This document shows positions 46,230 through 55,406 of a DNA stretch of 64,000 nt, piece after piece. How positions within the stretch are numbered: the first letter of the stretch is position 1; every line of letters starts with the position of its first letter. Position numbers and translations under genes: made by a program. This DNA is from a virus: positions 126,909 to 190,908 of the IMG/VR virus record IMGVR_UViG_3300006750_000002; one strand, given 5' to 3'. The notes beneath the pieces were generated by a model that ran no database searches, was not told the origin of the DNA, and worked only from the letters and a program-made list of their open reading frames with translations.

Positions 46230-49045
46230 TGTATACACTAAAAGAAATAAGAAAGATTTTAAATATTCAAGAACAAGACCCTAATGAAGATTCTTGGTCT
46301 GATGGAGATGCGATGGAAGACAATAAAGGAGACGGTAAATCTTTTACACCTTTTGAATTAGCTATCCTTAAATTAATCCACCAAAACTTAACCAAAGAGA
46401 TGATGGAGGATGTCCTAGTTAGCCATGCTTATCCTAATGATGTTGGTAGGAAATGGCAAAACATTGCAAAATTAGTTGGTTTAAGACATGACATTCAAAA
46501 ACGACATTCAATGGAAGATATCGCATATGATAAAAGATATGTGAAGTGGGCATTAGATAATTGGACTGAAGACGGCGATTATGCTTCGATAGAAAAACCA
46601 ATAAAAGTTCCACCCAAAAGCTATGAAGTTGACCGAGAAGAATCAGGTACTCAAGTAGAGTATAAAGATGGTTCAACCACTGTAATTGCTTATGATGAAG
46701 ACATGGCAAGTGATACCGCAGATAATGAGTTTTGGGACTGGGGCGGTGAAATGGAAACTACCGATTATGGTGATTATGAAACTTACGATAGTTCTATTAC
46801 CAAAGTCATACCTACAGAAGTATTAAGTGAAGAGAAACAAAAAGAATTTAATGAGTTAGTTAAGTTGTGTGAATTAGGTGAAAAGTACACACCAAAAATT
46901 GTGGGAGGAGTAACTAAAGAAACTTTAGTGGGATTCCTCAAAGAGAATATAAATGATATGGTTTATATTGATGAACCTAAAGAAAAACATGTCAGAAGAA
47001 TGGCTAGTGAGTTAGGTCCACTAGAAGGATTCCCAATAGAAAGGTTTAAAAACATGCCTCCACCAGAAAATGAATCTACACAAACAGAAGAAGAAATAGA
47101 TTATCTTGATAGTATTCCTGTAGAAAAAAGTTTTATTGAAAATGCGGATAATATAAACCAACAATTTAAAAAGTTTCTAGAAACAAAAGAATTAGAATTT
47201 CCAGAAGAAGAGTTAAAAGATGTGATGAAAGGAGTTAAGTCTATCATACTACAATTAAAGTATCATTATAATAGACCAAGACCTTATCAAGTCGCAAAAG
47301 CAAAAAACTTACAATTAGATTCAGAACATTTAAAATCAGCTAGCACACCATCGTACCCATCCGGACATGCAACCCAAGGTACCTTCATTGGAAGATATCT
47401 GTCGGACCTATATCCTGAGTATGAAAAAGAATTAAGACAGGCGGGGGAAGATATTTCATTCAGTAGAAATATGGCAAAAGTTCATTACCCAAGTGACTCC
47501 GAGTTTGGAAAAATATTAGGAAATGGCCTTTATGAATTTCTACACCACCAACTAGAAAGTTTAGATGAAGAAACGGATATTTTTGGACAAGGGTTGGCAA
47601 GTCCCATAGGGCCTGAAGAATTTGAGGGTAGTGATGGAGAGTGGGAAGAGCTAATTAAGAAAAATGAAACACCAGAAGAATATGATGACGGTGGGGCCGA
47701 CGCACAAATTGGATTTGTCACACCCTCTAGTGAAGTAGTTGATAACATATGTAAAGTGAAGGGTTTTTGTCAGGCACAAGGACCTATAACATTTGGGCAA
47801 CTTAGAGAGTTAGTGGAAACTGCAACTAATAAAAGAATTATCACGGATTTAAGTCGTGGTGCTTTTAAGACATTGTGGAGGATAATCCCTTTTTTCTTAC
47901 CACAAGTATTATTAGCTTCAGTGGGCGTTACCGTTACTAGAGCTATTAATAAAGTTATTACGCCCGCGTTAAAGGACACTAAAGGGTATAAGTCCTGGTG
48001 GGGGAAAGTGGTTTTAAAAGCTATGGATATTGCGGAAGGAGATTATATTCCCGATGTCGCGTTAGGTGATGACCCACTCAGTAAAATATTCTTTATTTCC
48101 GATGGACTACTCCAAATGGTCAGAGACAAGTATAAACTTAAATTTGCTAGATATGTCGCAGAAGTTGCCGCTAATGAACCTGACAATAAACCTGTACCAG
48201 AATGGTTTGTTGAAAATTTATTGAGGGATTATTTAAATCAAAAATTCTTATTAAATCCCCCATTACCTATTAAAACCAACACCAAAACAAATTTACAAGA
48301 ACCCCCATATAGTGATGATGAAGATACGAATGGTGTAGATTTATCACAAGACGACAATTCATTAAATGAAGAAAAGGATGAACCAGATTGGTCTATACGA
48401 CGGGGTAAACAACATTACGCGATGAATGCGGAGAACACACCAACCGAACCTATAACAGCGTTCAATAATTATTTAGTTAAAAATTCTCCTTTTATCATTG
48501 AAGGATTCGATTTCTATTTAAGTGCGGTTCCAGGTAACATGCCAGGAGAAGCAAGAGTAGATGTTTATGTGCCTATGATGGATGATAGTACACTAGCAGA
48601 TGAGATATGGAACACCGAGAGAAATTATATGACTAGAGAATATAGTGCCAACATGGTTTATTGGGACAATCATGACGATATAGACCATTATGAATTTACT
48701 GAACATACTGATATGTTACACAATATAGGTTATGACCAGAAATTTGGAGAATACTATTATTATGAAGATTTTCAAGAGAAGTTCCCTGAACATATAAAAC
48801 AAATATTCCACACAATTAAATACACCAATCTATTAAATGCACCTGGTAAACAATATGAACATATGTGGAGAAGTAAAAGAAATACTCTTAATAGAAAACT
48901 GGTGAGTCTCTCTAAATTATTTGGTCTAGATAGTGTAGTAATCAACAGAGACCCCCAGAGACCCTGGAAAAGACAGGTAGATTCTTATGGTAACGAAGAA
49001 ATTCGCCCAGGGAAAACCGTACCTAGAGAATGGCCTCGCTCTTAA
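46229..49045 (+). CDS. 938-aa modular protein: repeated module + PAP2/haloperoxidase-type phosphatase + two unknown modules
   Basis: KYHYNRPRP, PSYPSGHA, SRNMAKVHYPSD (PAP2 C1-C3 motifs). Confidence 0.78.
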   Translation: MYTLKEIRKILNIQEQDPNEDSWSDGDAMEDNKGDGKSFTPFELAILKLIHQNLTKEMMEDVLVSHAYPNDVGRKWQNIAKLVGLRHDIQKRHSMEDIAYDKRYVKWALDNWTEDGDYASIEKPIKVPPKSYEVDREESGTQVEYKDGSTTVIAYDEDMASDTADNEFWDWGGEMETTDYGDYETYDSSITKVIPTEVLSEEKQKEFNELVKLCELGEKYTPKIVGGVTKETLVGFLKENINDMVYIDEPKEKHVRRMASELGPLEGFPIERFKNMPPPENESTQTEEEIDYLDSIPVEKSFIENADNINQQFKKFLETKELEFPEEELKDVMKGVKSIILQLKYHYNRPRPYQVAKAKNLQLDSEHLKSASTPSYPSGHATQGTFIGRYLSDLYPEYEKELRQAGEDISFSRNMAKVHYPSDSEFGKILGNGLYEFLHHQLESLDEETDIFGQGLASPIGPEEFEGSDGEWEELIKKNETPEEYDDGGADAQIGFVTPSSEVVDNICKVKGFCQAQGPITFGQLRELVETATNKRIITDLSRGAFKTLWRIIPFFLPQVLLASVGVTVTRAINKVITPALKDTKGYKSWWGKVVLKAMDIAEGDYIPDVALGDDPLSKIFFISDGLLQMVRDKYKLKFARYVAEVAANEPDNKPVPEWFVENLLRDYLNQKFLLNPPLPIKTNTKTNLQEPPYSDDEDTNGVDLSQDDNSLNEEKDEPDWSIRRGKQHYAMNAENTPTEPITAFNNYLVKNSPFIIEGFDFYLSAVPGNMPGEARVDVYVPMMDDSTLADEIWNTERNYMTREYSANMVYWDNHDDIDHYEFTEHTDMLHNIGYDQKFGEYYYYEDFQEKFPEHIKQIFHTIKYTNLLNAPGKQYEHMWRSKRNTLNRKLVSLSKLFGLDSVVINRDPQRPWKRQVDSYGNEEIRPGKTVPREWPRS

Positions 49046-49083
49046 TCATTTACATTTGATGGGATGGGGGTTAAAATTGACAT

Positions 49084-49587
49084 ATGTTAGTGGTAAGATA
49101 CATTATAGAAATTATGAAATTTTTACGTAGAGGGCTCCAACCCAGATACTACCTGATAAAGATAAGGTTTGGGGACATAAAGCCTTTCTATTCCTTGGAT
49201 GAGTGGGGCCGTCAAAAGGGTAAACGGATAAGGGAAAATCCCTTACCCCCTAAGAATGCCTACCCTTGGAATAAATTAAGAAAGTCGTTAACCCAATTCG
49301 GGTACATACCTTCTATTGTCACCTACCAATATAAAGATAAAAGTGATGTAAGGTATCGTCTAATTGATGGTAACCATAGGTATCACGTCTTGTCGGAAAC
49401 CTATAAAAAGGCAGATTCCATTAAAGTGTGGGTGTGTAGGGAAAAGACCAAACGATACGAATTTGTCCATAATAAAGGGAGTATACTTATGCAACAAAAA
49501 AAGGACGCGTTAGATAAACTTACACAACATAGGGACAAAATTAGACGTAAACGCCCCATATACTGGAAATTAAAAAATAGAAGATGA
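49084..49587 (+). CDS. ParB/Srx-like nuclease-fold protein
   Basis: YRLIDGNHRY. Confidence 0.6.
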   Translation: MLVVRYIIEIMKFLRRGLQPRYYLIKIRFGDIKPFYSLDEWGRQKGKRIRENPLPPKNAYPWNKLRKSLTQFGYIPSIVTYQYKDKSDVRYRLIDGNHRYHVLSETYKKADSIKVWVCREKTKRYEFVHNKGSILMQQKKDALDKLTQHRDKIRRKRPIYWKLKNRR

Positions 49588-49799
49588 AAACAAAAGCAGA
49601 TTATTATGAATGGTTGATGATGGAACACGGTAGGGTTTCGGAAACAATGAGAAAAGTCCCCAAACTGTCCATTGAAGAACAATCTAAAAGTGTTAATATG
49701 GTAGAATATAGTGTTGACAACATGAAAAAAATAAATGAATTAAAGACAACTATGTTAAGATTAGAAAACGAGGCTAACAGAATTACCAGATATTTATAG
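49584..49799 (+). CDS. hypothetical protein
   Basis: ORF 71 aa. Confidence 0.65.
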   Translation: MKTKADYYEWLMMEHGRVSETMRKVPKLSIEEQSKSVNMVEYSVDNMKKINELKTTMLRLENEANRITRYL

Positions 49800-49802
49800 A
49801 TA

Positions 49803-50012
49803 ATGTCGTTACGCCCACCCACCATTAAAGTAATTCTCGAATTAACATCTTTTTTAATACAAGTAGTTGTAAGTTTTTTAATTCTCTGCTTGTTTTTACC
49901 CTTCATTATTGTTAAGATTATGGTAGAGGAAACATTTAATAACATTAAGACCACCATTCACCTATTAGGTCAATCAAACTTTATAAAAAGAATAAAAAGA
50001 ATAAAAAAATGA
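49803..50012 (+). CDS. small membrane protein
   Basis: one long hydrophobic segment. Confidence 0.5.
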   Translation: MSLRPPTIKVILELTSFLIQVVVSFLILCLFLPFIIVKIMVEETFNNIKTTIHLLGQSNFIKRIKRIKK

Positions 50013-50263
50013 ATTCAAATGAGTTTATATATTGGTTGAGAGGGATAGTTGACTCCACTACTTTTATGCCTACTAAGGAAACTTGGGATATTATAGTAGA
50101 CGTGATAAAAACTGTTAAATTATCTAAGAAAGAACCTACCCCTTTAAATGATGCGGTAGTACACCGATTAAATGTGTTAAATTCTCCAGGAACTGGAAAT
50201 CCGAATCCCTATGAAATTAAATGTGATAATACAACAAAACAAGGTAACCCTTTAAAAGACTAA
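50009..50263 (+). CDS. hypothetical protein
   Basis: MNSNEFIYWLRG start; ORF 84 aa. Confidence 0.7.
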   Translation: MNSNEFIYWLRGIVDSTTFMPTKETWDIIVDVIKTVKLSKKEPTPLNDAVVHRLNVLNSPGTGNPNPYEIKCDNTTKQGNPLKD

Positions 50264-50266
50264 AAG

Positions 50267-50467
50267 ATGGCTTATTTAATTATTAAAAAAATGACAGACC
50301 CCATTACAGGTAAAATAAATTTTATTGTTTTAAATGATGGTTTAAGTCAAATCATGGAAATACAGGAGAAAGAGAAAGCAGAAAATCTGGTAGAAGTATT
50401 CAACCAAAACTCAGATAGTGGATGGGTGTATGAAATAAAAGAAGTATGTGACCCACATAATAGATAA
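50267..50467 (+). CDS. hypothetical protein
   Basis: ORF 66 aa. Confidence 0.65.
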   Translation: MAYLIIKKMTDPITGKINFIVLNDGLSQIMEIQEKEKAENLVEVFNQNSDSGWVYEIKEVCDPHNR

Positions 50468-50470
50468 AAG

Positions 50471-50659
50471 ATGGGAAGTATAGAAGATTCATACTGGGAA
50501 GTTTACACTCAAATTGAAAAGTTGGGGTTAAGAGAAGAATTTAACCAACAACTTAAAGAAATGACTGATAGTGAAAAATTTAAGTACATGGAAACTCATC
50601 GTAGATGGGAATATGCGTGTGATAAAGTAGTTAAAAAATTTAGAAAGAAAGATGATTAG
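50471..50659 (+). CDS. hypothetical protein
   Basis: ORF 62 aa. Confidence 0.65.
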   Translation: MGSIEDSYWEVYTQIEKLGLREEFNQQLKEMTDSEKFKYMETHRRWEYACDKVVKKFRKKDD

Positions 50660-50743
50660 TACTATAATTTCTTCGATAGTGGTAATGGTAGTGGTTCACT
50701 TACTAATAGTAAGTGCTGGAAAACTGAATAAAAAAAAATAAAA

Positions 50744-50935
50744 ATGAAGATATTTTTAATATGGCTTCCATATACGATTTTGGGTTTCTTGTGGTTACAT
50801 CTCTACATTAGTCACCATAAAATAAAATATATGAACCCACTCAAAACGATAGGGTTACTTTATCTTTGGCCCATCTCTATATTATTTAATTTACCAAGTC
50901 TATTAATAAAGATTAAGGATAAATTGAACATTTAA
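50744..50935 (+). CDS. small membrane protein
   Basis: two hydrophobic helices. Confidence 0.6.
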   Translation: MKIFLIWLPYTILGFLWLHLYISHHKIKYMNPLKTIGLLYLWPISILFNLPSLLIKIKDKLNI

Positions 50936-50958
50936 AAAAATAATAGTACTTTTATTCT

Positions 50959-51489
50959 ATGGACTTATCATATAAAATAAAAAACGAAGATAGAAGAAAC
51001 CACCCACTTAAATGGTGGTTAATGCCAGATGATACAGTGATAGCAATATACCAAGGAGTTAGGGGAGAAAATCCTGACCTAGATTTTATTGTTAAATATC
51101 GAAGTCCTGGTAAAAGATTAAGAACCCCTTCCCACACCCACTGGATAGTGGATTTATTAGTTAAATGTGAGTATGACAAAGATTTAGTTAAATTATACGT
51201 TGAACATTTAATTAAGATGTATGAAGAAATAAAACCCTTTCAGACCCAACAAGACCGTAATAATTACACACTTAAATACGTACCTAGCACAGTAGCTTTG
51301 TTTGGTGAATTAGATAACGCTGGGTACTATTCCGTTAAAATGTTAACTACAATAGTAGAACTATTTTGTAAATGTGAGAAACAAACAACAGGGGCGTTTA
51401 TGTTTAAAGGATTACTTAATCTAGTTAAAGAATACTGTGAAGGCAAAAAAGACTTCTATCAAATTGTAGGGTATTCAAAACGTGTGTAA
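50959..51489 (+). CDS. hypothetical protein
   Basis: ORF 176 aa. Confidence 0.7.
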   Translation: MDLSYKIKNEDRRNHPLKWWLMPDDTVIAIYQGVRGENPDLDFIVKYRSPGKRLRTPSHTHWIVDLLVKCEYDKDLVKLYVEHLIKMYEEIKPFQTQQDRNNYTLKYVPSTVALFGELDNAGYYSVKMLTTIVELFCKCEKQTTGAFMFKGLLNLVKEYCEGKKDFYQIVGYSKRV

Positions 51490-51510
51490 AAGAACTAAAC
51501 CAAAATAAAG

Positions 51511-51861
51511 ATGAGTAAAATAAATTATCCAGATACCGTACAAAAATGGCTAGATGGTTTCTATGACCATTTAATAGAAATGGGATTTTTTACTGACCAC
51601 GAATTAGGGCATTTTTCCGAAGAAAAAGCTAAATTAAACTTTCAAGTGGTGATAGGTGATGCTGCATTTCAATCATGGATAAAAGAAGGTGAGGTTAAAA
51701 TAGAACCTAGAAAATTGACTACATTACTATTTCAAGTAATCGTGAAAAGTCACCTAGAAGAACTTAAAGAAGAAGGCCTTATAGACTCTATTGAAGATGT
51801 ACCAGGTGGTGAGATAATGTGGTTAACTAATAAAGACAAAGACGAAAATAAAGGTTTATGA
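51511..51861 (+). CDS. hypothetical protein
   Basis: ORF 116 aa. Confidence 0.65.
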   Translation: MSKINYPDTVQKWLDGFYDHLIEMGFFTDHELGHFSEEKAKLNFQVVIGDAAFQSWIKEGEVKIEPRKLTTLLFQVIVKSHLEELKEEGLIDSIEDVPGGEIMWLTNKDKDENKGL

Positions 51862-52049
51862 ATATAAACACTCAGATTATAGTAAAAAATAAAGCTCTTG
51901 CTGTGGTAGAAAGTTGTAAAACTTTAGAACAATTATTGGGTGCTAAGAAATACGTAGAAAGATATAATCTCATATTTTCAGATTTAATTGGGTATTCTGA
52001 ACTAAGTAGGTTAATTTTAAAGAAACAAACACAATGTCTAAAAAATTAG
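51858..52049 (+). CDS. hypothetical protein
   Basis: ORF 63 aa. Confidence 0.6.
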   Translation: MNINTQIIVKNKALAVVESCKTLEQLLGAKKYVERYNLIFSDLIGYSELSRLILKKQTQCLKN

Positions 52050-52696
52050 AAATATGTATAGGTAAGTGGGGGTATGAATTAACCATGAATGAATTTACCC
52101 CACAGGAGTATAAAAAAATTACAGACTTCGCACTGAAAAATGAAATCAGTATAGAAGATGTTTTTTTATACCATGCGGGTGAAGTGTTAGGCACAGGTAA
52201 TGATTGGTATGATTTTGATAATTTAGGGCACTACTATGGTCCCAGTAGTCCCCATTGTTCTATAATGGTATTTAATGAGAATAGAGAACTATTAGAGGAA
52301 TGTAATATAGATGAGGTAGATTATAAAGAAGTCATTTCTAAAATTGAAGAAGACATAAATAATGTATTGGTAACTTATGTGTCCTCAGAAAAAGGAAATT
52401 TAAAAACTTTTGAATTAGAATTAAAAGATAATGAGGAGTTTGATGTCCAAAACCTGAAATTAGAAATAAATGTTATCCTCACCTCTACCAATGTTTATGA
52501 AATAGTTAATGAAGTGACATATAATGGGGAACCATTATATGGGGACGGAGGTGGAACAACTGGAAAGGGGTTAAATTGTGACATTAAATTACCCTTAACA
52601 ATTATAGAAGAAGAAAAACAACTCACTGTAAGTGCTTTACAAGATTTAAAAGAGAAAGAAAAATGGCTCGAGGGTGAAGGACCACAAACAGACTAG
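52034..52696 (+). CDS. acidic hypothetical protein
   Basis: ORF 220 aa. Confidence 0.7.
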   Translation: MSKKLEICIGKWGYELTMNEFTPQEYKKITDFALKNEISIEDVFLYHAGEVLGTGNDWYDFDNLGHYYGPSSPHCSIMVFNENRELLEECNIDEVDYKEVISKIEEDINNVLVTYVSSEKGNLKTFELELKDNEEFDVQNLKLEINVILTSTNVYEIVNEVTYNGEPLYGDGGGTTGKGLNCDIKLPLTIIEEEKQLTVSALQDLKEKEKWLEGEGPQTD

Positions 52697-52883
52697 ACTT
52701 ATGGGAATCTTAGTGACCATAATGGTGGCAAGTATGGTGGTAATATTTGTTAGGGACTTGGTGTCTATAATATTTAACCCTGGGAGTTGGTTAACTAACA
52801 TTGATGATAAAAATATTGGAGTATATGGTAAAATTAAAAACTTAATATATGGAAGACCAAAAAGGAAAAGACCGAGTAACTGA
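52674..52883 (+). CDS. small membrane protein
   Basis: N-terminal TM. Confidence 0.55.
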   Translation: MKDHKQTRLMGILVTIMVASMVVIFVRDLVSIIFNPGSWLTNIDDKNIGVYGKIKNLIYGRPKRKRPSN

Positions 52884-53052
52884 ATTTGTGTGTGACAAAT
52901 GCAATTACCCAATGCATGATATGGTAGAAATAGGATTTTTGGGTGACCCTACTGAGAATAGAGACGAATGTAACCCTTTTACTGAACTAGTGGTACTCTG
53001 CCCTAAATGTACCCCGATAGAGTTCCTCAGAAATAAAAAAAGTATTAAATAA
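52849..53052 (+). CDS. small Zn-ribbon protein
   Basis: CDKC...CPKC. Confidence 0.6.
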   Translation: MEDQKGKDRVTEFVCDKCNYPMHDMVEIGFLGDPTENRDECNPFTELVVLCPKCTPIEFLRNKKSIK

Positions 53053-53205
53053 ATTTCTATTATTAATTAAAAATATATTACTATATTTGTATAATTAAAT
53101 AATTAAAAATAGAAGACATGAAGTTAATAAAATACGTAATTTTAACAATATTAGTGATTTTAGGTGTAAAAGCTATACTCGGGGGTGGTAAGGAAAAAGA
53201 ATAGG

Positions 53206-53532
53206 TTAATTAAAAAATTTCATAACACTAAGAGTTAGAATCATTAATCCTTGCACTATCAGGAAGATGGTAATCGCTTGAGTTTTAAAAGTGGTAAGTT
53301 CAGTCATTTTCTTACTTAATTCTTTAAGTTGTGTGGGGGACACTACCTCATCCATTGATTTCTTCCAAGATTTAAGGTCTTTTATGGACTCCTCTTTCCC
53401 TTTAAGTTTCACAATTTCGTGCTTTAGTTCTAGAATTTGACCATTAAGGTTAGATATTCCCTCGTTAAGTCTTTCTAATTCATTAATGACGAGTTTTGAG
53501 TACTCATTCCAACCATTCTGTTCATCTGCCAT
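53206..53532 (-). CDS. coiled-coil protein with C-terminal TM
   Basis: heptad pattern then AITIFLIVQGLMILTL. Confidence 0.7.
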   Translation of the reverse strand: MADEQNGWNEYSKLVINELERLNEGISNLNGQILELKHEIVKLKGKEESIKDLKSWKKSMDEVVSPTQLKELSKKMTELTTFKTQAITIFLIVQGLMILTLSVMKFFN

Positions 53533-53533
53533 A

Positions 53534-54055
53534 TCACACTATTTTCCTAATCAACTCCATTTTATCCTGAGAACAAATCTCACTATCCCTAATAATTTTT
53601 TCTAACGATTCTATTTTTTTCTTTTGTTCCATATGTTCGGTGACATCAAAAGCACAACCAACGACACCGATAACTACCTTTTCTTCACTTAATATTGGTG
53701 TACAGTGAGTGTGCCATATCCTCCCTATATGTTCATAATTATATTGTACTGGGACCCCACCTAAAGCTTTTATGTGGGATTTAATGGGGCCAAAATTATC
53801 GTCCACTGTCTCAAAATATTCGTACAAACTTTTCCCTATACTTTTATCTGGTTTAACTCCTAAATTTTTTAATCCCCTTCCCTCAGATAAGGTAAAAACT
53901 AGATTCTTATCTACTGCCCAGATAGCTGAACCAGCGGGACGATTGTTGAATATTGACCTAATTAAGGCATCCCTCTTTTTCCTATTTAAATCCCTATCAA
54001 TTAAAGTATCGGTCAACTGCTTCAAGTAACTTAAATTGCATTCTAGTGTCTCCAT
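53534..54055 (-). CDS. stand-alone PAS-domain protein
   Basis: IWAVDKNLVFTLSEG...IGKSLYEYF...ALGG...WHTHCTPI...VIGVVGCAFDVTE (PAS/PAC). Confidence 0.82.
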   Translation of the reverse strand: METLECNLSYLKQLTDTLIDRDLNRKKRDALIRSIFNNRPAGSAIWAVDKNLVFTLSEGRGLKNLGVKPDKSIGKSLYEYFETVDDNFGPIKSHIKALGGVPVQYNYEHIGRIWHTHCTPILSEEKVVIGVVGCAFDVTEHMEQKKKIESLEKIIRDSEICSQDKMELIRKIV

Positions 54056-54072
54056 AAATTGGCAAGTTTTTA

Positions 54073-54086
54073 TATTTATATAAATA
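54073..54086. promoter_or_regulatory. palindromic double TATTTATA site between divergent genes
   Basis: TATTTATATAAATA is a perfect 14-bp palindrome. Confidence 0.5.
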
Positions 54087-54352
54087 TGGAGAAACCAAAA
54101 GAAAGAAGGAAAAGACTTATAAAAAACTGGGACGACAGCAAAATAGACCAGGTAGAAAAATCATTTAAAGATTTAATCGACTTAGGGTGTGAACACTGGA
54201 CACAAAATTACACTCTTTCACACACTGACAAAATGTCCCAGTTAGACCTGATGTTAGAGTATTTTGAAAACTCAAACATAGAAGAGTACGAGAAATGCCA
54301 ATATATTTTAGATATTAAAAATGCCATAAATACTCATCGATATATGTTGTAA
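54087..54352 (+). CDS. hypothetical protein (UVR-like EEYEKC tail)
   Basis: start re-set to ATG 54087. Confidence 0.6.
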
Positions 54353-54356
54353 CATA

Positions 54357-54388
54357 TTTGGTAATACACAGAGAAAGCCTTATATTTG
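54357..54388 (+). promoter_or_regulatory. Bacteroidota sigma-70-type promoter
   Basis: TTTG (54357-60), 20 nt, TATATTTG (54381-88). Confidence 0.7.
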
Positions 54389-54521
54389 TGTTAACAATAA
54401 ATGGTTATTCGGAAAAATTGAAACAGTCGGATTAATCTTAGTGGTCGTACCGATACTATCACCAGTAGTGTTCCGTGTTTAATCATTTATTATTATTAAC
54501 CATTTTTAAATCCCATATTCT

Positions 54522-55406
54522 ATGAAGCCAGTCAGATTAAAAGACCTACACATCCCCCATGAAGTTTTACAACCTATGAAAACTAACACTGAGTTGGATG
54601 CCTTTGTATCTGTAAGGGGAGGGTTCCTACCCTCAACAGTTTATATTGTGGTTGGTGGTGCTGGCACTGGTAAAACTTCGTGGGCTATCGATACCCTTTC
54701 TAAATTACAAAGTAATAACCCCACTAAGAAGTGTTTATATATTTCAGGGGAACAAGATGAGATTGACAATTATGAACTATCTACCTTTATTCCAGGACTA
54801 TTAGAATTGGACACTATTTATCTTGCTGGTGTTAAAAACCCACAAAAACTCATAGAGGAAACGTTAGACCAAGGGTGGGATATGGTAATGATGGATTCTT
54901 TAGAGGTGGTTTCAGGACGTATAGAGACTACCACAGACCTTAACTCTAGGCAAAGTTTAAAATGGGTCATGGACCTCATGTTTAAACATAAGAGAGGGAA
55001 TAACCCTACTAACACTTACACGGGATTCTTGGTCATCCAACAGGCTACTAAGAGTGGGGTTTTTAAAGGGGATTCCTCTATCGAGTTCGACACTACTGGT
55101 ATGTTATATATTCGTAAAGGCCAGGGAAGTGAGAGACACTTGGAGTTCAGTAAGAATCGTAGAGGGGAATCTAACACTAAGTTATTCTATAAATTAGATG
55201 ATGGGCAAATGGTTTACATGAAAGAGGAAGAAGAAATTGTTGAGTCTCCAGTTAAACCCACTATTGGTATTCCTACAATTGCTTTCGCTTCTATAATCAA
55301 AGCTCTAGCTAAAAAAAGATTCAAAACCAACCTTACCCAAAATGAATCATTTGTTATTGTAAAAGAGTTAGAAAATACTTACCAAGAGTTGGTTAAACAG
55401 TGTTAA
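54522..55406 (+). CDS. RadA/Sms-like RecA-fold ATPase lacking Zn finger and Lon domain
   Basis: GGFLP, GGAGTGKT (Walker A), YISGEQ, MVMMDS (Walker B), SKNRRG. Confidence 0.75.
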   Translation: MKPVRLKDLHIPHEVLQPMKTNTELDAFVSVRGGFLPSTVYIVVGGAGTGKTSWAIDTLSKLQSNNPTKKCLYISGEQDEIDNYELSTFIPGLLELDTIYLAGVKNPQKLIEETLDQGWDMVMMDSLEVVSGRIETTTDLNSRQSLKWVMDLMFKHKRGNNPTNTYTGFLVIQQATKSGVFKGDSSIEFDTTGMLYIRKGQGSERHLEFSKNRRGESNTKLFYKLDDGQMVYMKEEEEIVESPVKPTIGIPTIAFASIIKALAKKRFKTNLTQNESFVIVKELENTYQELVKQC

